Below are positions 59,460 through 64,000 of a stretch of 64,000 nt of DNA, piece after piece (position 1 is the stretch's first letter; every line of letters begins with the position of its first letter). This DNA is from Promethearchaeota archaeon (GTDB lineage: Archaea; Asgardarchaeota; Lokiarchaeia; Sigyniarchaeales; SOKP01), in contig JAFGGO010000061.1 of NCBI GenBank assembly GCA_016930515.1, forward strand, positions 44,172-108,171, in the 5' to 3' direction. The position numbers and the translations under genes are program-made. Under the pieces are notes generated by a model that was not told the DNA's origin, did no database searches, and saw only the letters and a program-made list of their open reading frames with translations.

Positions 59460-60896
59460 ATGAATGAAAAATCCCTGAAAGAGATGGTTACTGCTCTTGG
59501 AAAAGACCAAGCAATCCATTTTTTAAAAGAGCGAATTAATGGCTCGAGTGAGCACTTGTTAAGAAAATATTCCTTGGAATTACTTTCAAGAGACGATTAC
59601 AAATTGGAAAATGACTTCGAGTTTTTCGAAGAGTTGTTCATATCCGATGAGGATCAAGATATAAGAATTCTCGCTGGACAGATTCTTCAAGAAAGATTTG
59701 GGAATAGCAAAAAGTTTCTTACATTACTCAAGTTTACTTTGGATAAAATAACCGACATAAAGCAAAAGTTATTTTCCTTGGAGACCTTGTTCCAAATTCA
59801 AACCAAGGAAAGCCTTAAAATAATCGAGAAGCACGCGAGACATTTGATAAAAACTCATTTCAAGGAAAAATATTTCGAATTGCCATGCGACTTTTTATCG
59901 TTGTTCAAATCCAAATCAGGCTTTTTATCTTCAACGATCGAAGCGTGTGTGAACTTGATGCTGTACGATTATTACTTAAATTCGTGCAAGTTCGTCGTGT
60001 CGTTTAAGGATGGAATGATCGTCTTGCTCAATTGCGAAGGGGCGACTTTAGAAGCATTTTCAGACATCGTTGGCTTGGAAAGGCTCCAACGCTTGGAATA
60101 CCTTTTATTACCAAAGAACAGCATAAAAAAAATCGAGGGTATAGAACATCTAAAACGCTTGAAGGTTTTGAACTTGTCAAAAAACCAAATTAAGGTGTTA
60201 GAAAACCTCGAAGTGTTAGAAAAATTAGAGGAGCTCGATGTTTCGCACAATCAAATCAAGATTCTCAAAAACATTTCCACCCTGAAGAACTTGAAAACGC
60301 TTAATTTAGAATACAACGAAATCGAAGAAATTCAAGGATTGGAATCCATTACTTCCTTGGAGAACTTGAACCTCAACCACAATAAAATATCTGAAATAAA
60401 AAATATCGAATTTTTGAGCAATATTAAAAGCGTGAGCGTCTCGTTTAACAACATAAAAATAATTCCTTCCCTAAGTTCGTTAAAGAAGCTCAATTGGTTG
60501 TATATTAATGATAATAAGATATCCCAAATAAGGGGCTTAGATAAGCTCCATGAGCTCAAAGGGCTCTACCTATCGAACAATGATATAAGGGCCATTCAAG
60601 GCCTTACAGACCTCAAAAATCTCACGAAATTACAACTTTCCAATAATAAGATCGAAAAGATAGAGGGATTGGAAAATCTTCAAAATTTGCAAGAACTGTA
60701 CTTGGACGATAATCGAATTAGAGAATTGTCCGGATTGAAGGGATTAGATCGTCTCGTTATATTATTTCTCAAGAATAATTTCATTTCAGAATATAAGAAT
60801 GTGGAAACCCTCAAAAATCTAAATTTCTTGTTCCTAAATGACAATCCCTTGAATAACGAAAGCAGGGTACTCTATTCGAAAAGATTTAGGTTTTAA
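59460..60896 (+). CDS. leucine-rich repeat protein (SDS22-like 22-aa repeats) with N-terminal helical domain
   Basis: About 12 LxxLxLxxNxIxxIxGL repeats. Confidence 0.92.
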   Translation: MNEKSLKEMVTALGKDQAIHFLKERINGSSEHLLRKYSLELLSRDDYKLENDFEFFEELFISDEDQDIRILAGQILQERFGNSKKFLTLLKFTLDKITDIKQKLFSLETLFQIQTKESLKIIEKHARHLIKTHFKEKYFELPCDFLSLFKSKSGFLSSTIEACVNLMLYDYYLNSCKFVVSFKDGMIVLLNCEGATLEAFSDIVGLERLQRLEYLLLPKNSIKKIEGIEHLKRLKVLNLSKNQIKVLENLEVLEKLEELDVSHNQIKILKNISTLKNLKTLNLEYNEIEEIQGLESITSLENLNLNHNKISEIKNIEFLSNIKSVSVSFNNIKIIPSLSSLKKLNWLYINDNKISQIRGLDKLHELKGLYLSNNDIRAIQGLTDLKNLTKLQLSNNKIEKIEGLENLQNLQELYLDDNRIRELSGLKGLDRLVILFLKNNFISEYKNVETLKNLNFLFLNDNPLNNESRVLYSKRFRF

Positions 60897-60996
60897 ATCC
60901 TTGTGTTATATAATATAATGCAATTAAGATGATTTTTATAGGGCAACATCCTACTAATATATATTATCTTTAATAACAATCCTCATATTTTTAAAA

Positions 60997-62085
60997 ATGG
61001 CTTTTAACTTAGAAGACGTAAACGGTATTGGAAAAATAACAGCTAATCGATTACGATCAGCAGGAATTAAAACAGTTGAAATGCTGGCAAATATTAGCCT
61101 TGAGAAAATTTCTTCAATAAAAGGATTTAATGAATCAAAGGCAAGATTGCTGGTTAAAAACGCAATTAAATTAATTAAAAGAACGAATAGGAAACTCAAT
61201 TCTAGCCAATTAGAAGCATTGAATGAAAACTCCTCCATTCCAAACGGCAAATATTTCAATTTAACCCAAGAAAATCCCCGATTTATGCCGAAGCTGATCA
61301 AAGAGGACGATCTCTATGGAAAGCAAGGTTATATCCTTAATCTCTTGAGACCTAATGTGTATCAATTTGAGTCGAAAGGGGCAGGATGCAGCGTGTATCT
61401 AGTCGTGGGCGAGAATCTTAATGTTCTAATTGACACGGGATTGATTACGAAATTCAATAGCTTTAATTACTTGCTCAACACGGAGGTAGGTCTGAGCATT
61501 GAAGACATTCATTTAGTCGTAAACACTCACGAGCATTTCGATCATATCAGTTCAAATTCTTATTTTTATTGTCCCACGGCGGCTCATAGGTGGGCGGCAG
61601 CAAAAATCCAGCAGAGCGATGAGCTCATAACAAAAGGCAAAAAATGGGGCATGGACTTGACGGATCTAAAAGTAAATATTTGGCTCGAGGATAGGAACAT
61701 GATAGACTTGGGCAATGTAATCCTCAAGGTGATCGAAACCCCAGGTCACACTTCGGGGTGTATTTGTCTTTACGAACCAATGAAACATTACATGTTCACG
61801 GGTGACACATTGTTTAAGGGAGCAACTTCAAATATTTACGAATCTGGTTCTATATCTGAATACATTCAATCATTAAAAATTTTAAACACCCTTAAAATAT
61901 CGTGCTTTTATCCAAGCCACGGTTCGTGCGTTATGGGGGAGGAGAATGTCAAAAATGAGATTGAGAGTTCGATCGTAAACGCCGAGATGGAGTTGAAAGC
62001 CTTCGTGAACAGGATAAAAAGTAAACCTATTGAAGAAGCGCGAGCGCCTCCTTCGTTGTACGATCGAGAAGAGGAAAGCCTTTAA
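60997..62085 (+). CDS. helix-hairpin-helix plus MBL-fold hydrolase fusion
   Basis: LEDVNGIG..TA.RL..AGI HhH; IDTG, THEHFDH, TPGHT, TGD and PSHG motifs. Confidence 0.88.
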   Translation: MAFNLEDVNGIGKITANRLRSAGIKTVEMLANISLEKISSIKGFNESKARLLVKNAIKLIKRTNRKLNSSQLEALNENSSIPNGKYFNLTQENPRFMPKLIKEDDLYGKQGYILNLLRPNVYQFESKGAGCSVYLVVGENLNVLIDTGLITKFNSFNYLLNTEVGLSIEDIHLVVNTHEHFDHISSNSYFYCPTAAHRWAAAKIQQSDELITKGKKWGMDLTDLKVNIWLEDRNMIDLGNVILKVIETPGHTSGCICLYEPMKHYMFTGDTLFKGATSNIYESGSISEYIQSLKILNTLKISCFYPSHGSCVMGEENVKNEIESSIVNAEMELKAFVNRIKSKPIEEARAPPSLYDREEESL

Positions 62086-62096
62086 GAATAGAAATT

Positions 62097-62708
62097 CTAT
62101 AATGTGATTGCATCCATCGTTGCCTTGGTGCCACAATAATTGCAAAATTTCAGCTTGATGGAAAATATCTCGCCGCATTTTCCGCATTTTTGGTGGTGAA
62201 TCTTGGTGATTCCCTCTACTACTTGTCGGAACGCTTTTTCGACATTTTGACCCGTTTTCGAAGATGTTAAAATGGGTTCGCCGTAAAAATCGTTTTTCTT
62301 TGCGATTTCTCTCGCCTTTTTAATATTTAATGTGTTATTATTGATTAAATCCGCCTTTGTTGCAACAAGAACTTTCACTACATTTGTATCGGAGTTATTA
62401 TTGATCAATTCCAACCAATTGTAAACATCATTAATAGTATCCTCACGAGTTGCGTCGTATAAAATCAAGACAGCCGAAGCGCCCTTGATGTATTGTGGAA
62501 ACACGATTCGATATTTTTTCTCCCCTCCAAAATCCCAAATGGCGAGGTCGAAGTGATGCATCTCGTCTACTTGCATTTTTTTACGCTTAAAAGCAACACC
62601 AATCGTGTCCATCATTTTTTCGTCGAAAATATCGTCACAAAAACGGGCCAACAAGCTCGATTTTCCCACATTTTTCGCTCCTGCTAAAACTATCTTGAAC
62701 TGTAACAT
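62097..62708 (-). CDS. Rab-like small GTPase with C-terminal Zn ribbon
   Basis: GAKNVGKSS, TIG, WDFGG, TKAD, TSSK and CGKCG..FCNYCG. Confidence 0.9.
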   Translation of the reverse strand: MLQFKIVLAGAKNVGKSSLLARFCDDIFDEKMMDTIGVAFKRKKMQVDEMHHFDLAIWDFGGEKKYRIVFPQYIKGASAVLILYDATREDTINDVYNWLELINNNSDTNVVKVLVATKADLINNNTLNIKKAREIAKKNDFYGEPILTSSKTGQNVEKAFRQVVEGITKIHHQKCGKCGEIFSIKLKFCNYCGTKATMDAITL

Positions 62709-62858
62709 TTTTTCAATAAAAATATTCTTATACCTAAAAAAATGAAACATTCTTATTTATTATTATCATATTGAATTTACTCAATTTTATAACTTCAAAC
62801 AAAAAAATAACCGCTTTAATTAGAACAATACAATATTTACTATAAAAAAAAGAAAAAA

Positions 62859-63980
62859 TTAGGATTTTTGTTTCCTTATTTTAAAAATTGCAAAGCAAAG
62901 ACCTGATATTATTAGAAAACATCCTGTGAACACCGCTACATCGTATCCAGGAATGCTTGTTCCAGATGTGTTTTGAGGTGCGGACTCCGTGTTGTCGTAA
63001 ATGAAATTGTATCCCAAACAATTCCCCTCTTCGTAAACATCCTCCGTTTGACCAGATATGAAATTGTGCGCTATGATGTTAGCATTGCTTGCGTTACAAT
63101 ATATTCCATAATCCTCGTTATTAATGATGGTATTACCTAAAAAGGAGTTGTAATTACTATCCTCAATATTAATACCGTGTCCTAAGTTTGAAGAAATGAA
63201 GTTTCCATAAATCACGTTATCGTTATTTGATTCTGAGATGTAAATTCCACCGAGAGTGTTTTCTCTAATAGTATTATGAGAAACGAGGTTTACAGTTGAA
63301 TCGAACACAAAAAGTCCCCATTGATTGTTATCGGAGATAATATTGTCTGAAATCACATTACCATCACTAACAATTGTGACTAGGATTCCATGATATCCAC
63401 TATTAATAATTGTGTTTCCAATCACCGTGTTATTACATGCGTCGATACCAAGCATCATGCCTTCTTGAGAATTATTATGCACGTTATTGCCCGAAATCGT
63501 AATATCGTGAGAGTGATGAACCTGAATTCCTACAGAATTTTCTTGGATTTGATTATTCAGAATTTGTCCATTTTGAGTACCATAGATATAAATTCCCTTA
63601 TCAATAGGATGATGAGAAGTACCCGCGTGTCTAAAATCACAATTTCTAACTATAAAAAAAGCAGAAGAATCACGGATTGTTAAACAAGGATATGAATCGA
63701 AATCACACATAAACTGGTGATTTTCGAATATGAAAGGGTCGCTTTCGCTTCCACTTCCCGTACAGTATCCTGCTGTTCTAGCCTCTAACCAAGTAATTCC
63801 CGATCCACCATTATTGTCAATAACAAGGGTATTATTGAAACTTGTTGCGATTAATACTTGTTTAGTTGATATTTCTTGATTTATTTGCGATCTATAAGCA
63901 TCTAAGCCATTGTAGCTCGTCAAAAAAAGAAGAAAGACTAAAACAATCATATAATATTTTAAATGTTTCATTTTTTTCAC
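62859..63980 (-). CDS. secreted NosD-like parallel beta-helix protein with PGY-TM-basic C-terminal anchor
   Basis: Signal peptide, G.GS.SDPFI, N-rich I..N.I..N repeats and IPGY-hydrophobic-KIRKQKS tail. Confidence 0.88.
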   Translation of the reverse strand: MKKMKHLKYYMIVLVFLLFLTSYNGLDAYRSQINQEISTKQVLIATSFNNTLVIDNNGGSGITWLEARTAGYCTGSGSESDPFIFENHQFMCDFDSYPCLTIRDSSAFFIVRNCDFRHAGTSHHPIDKGIYIYGTQNGQILNNQIQENSVGIQVHHSHDITISGNNVHNNSQEGMMLGIDACNNTVIGNTIINSGYHGILVTIVSDGNVISDNIISDNNQWGLFVFDSTVNLVSHNTIRENTLGGIYISESNNDNVIYGNFISSNLGHGINIEDSNYNSFLGNTIINNEDYGIYCNASNANIIAHNFISGQTEDVYEEGNCLGYNFIYDNTESAPQNTSGTSIPGYDVAVFTGCFLIISGLCFAIFKIRKQKS

Positions 63981-64000
63981 TGAAATTTTTTTATTATTTA

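Noticed and set aside
474-63683. Numerous short ORFs nested antisense or out of frame in confident genes (e.g. 2560, 4494, 26177, 29527, 58347)
   Set aside because: They are shadows of well-supported genes and lack independent motifs.
1-64000. Genome-wide TAG reassignment
   Set aside because: About five intact genes end at TAG at plausible C-termini, which is unremarkable for an AT-rich genome; no pyl genes are in the window.

Overview
AT-rich, gene-dense archaeal chromosome segment, almost certainly from an Asgard archaeon (Lokiarchaeia/Promethearchaeota-like). Evidence for that assignment: a Lokiactin-type actin, two Rab-like small GTPases, a eukaryote-like PPP phosphatase, an SDS22-like LRR protein and a PGY-type C-terminal surface anchor. 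Housekeeping genes: rps9 3' end, aroA, aroC, RACo, Lsm, RIO2, mutS-mutL, EF-1beta, iorAB and PAN. An 11-gene HdrCBA-MvhD-Flx-FrhB operon spans 43.2-55.9 kb. A variable region at about 34-43 kb holds small paralogous proteins, three apparent pseudogenes, a DK-repeat protein and a PlsY-kinase fusion. The strongest candidates for new biology are: (i) a Clp1-like kinase / circularly permuted ATP-grasp ligase / M14 peptidase cluster; (ii) intergenic GATC-like arrays phased at about 10 bp that share a 13-mer; (iii) tandem 8-Cys microproteins; (iv) a PlsY fused to a CTP-dependent lipid-kinase-like domain; (v) split and fused copies of the same double-HdrA architecture in one operon. No rRNA, tRNA, CRISPR array or transposase was recognised. 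All calls come from motif recognition by eye; no searches were run.
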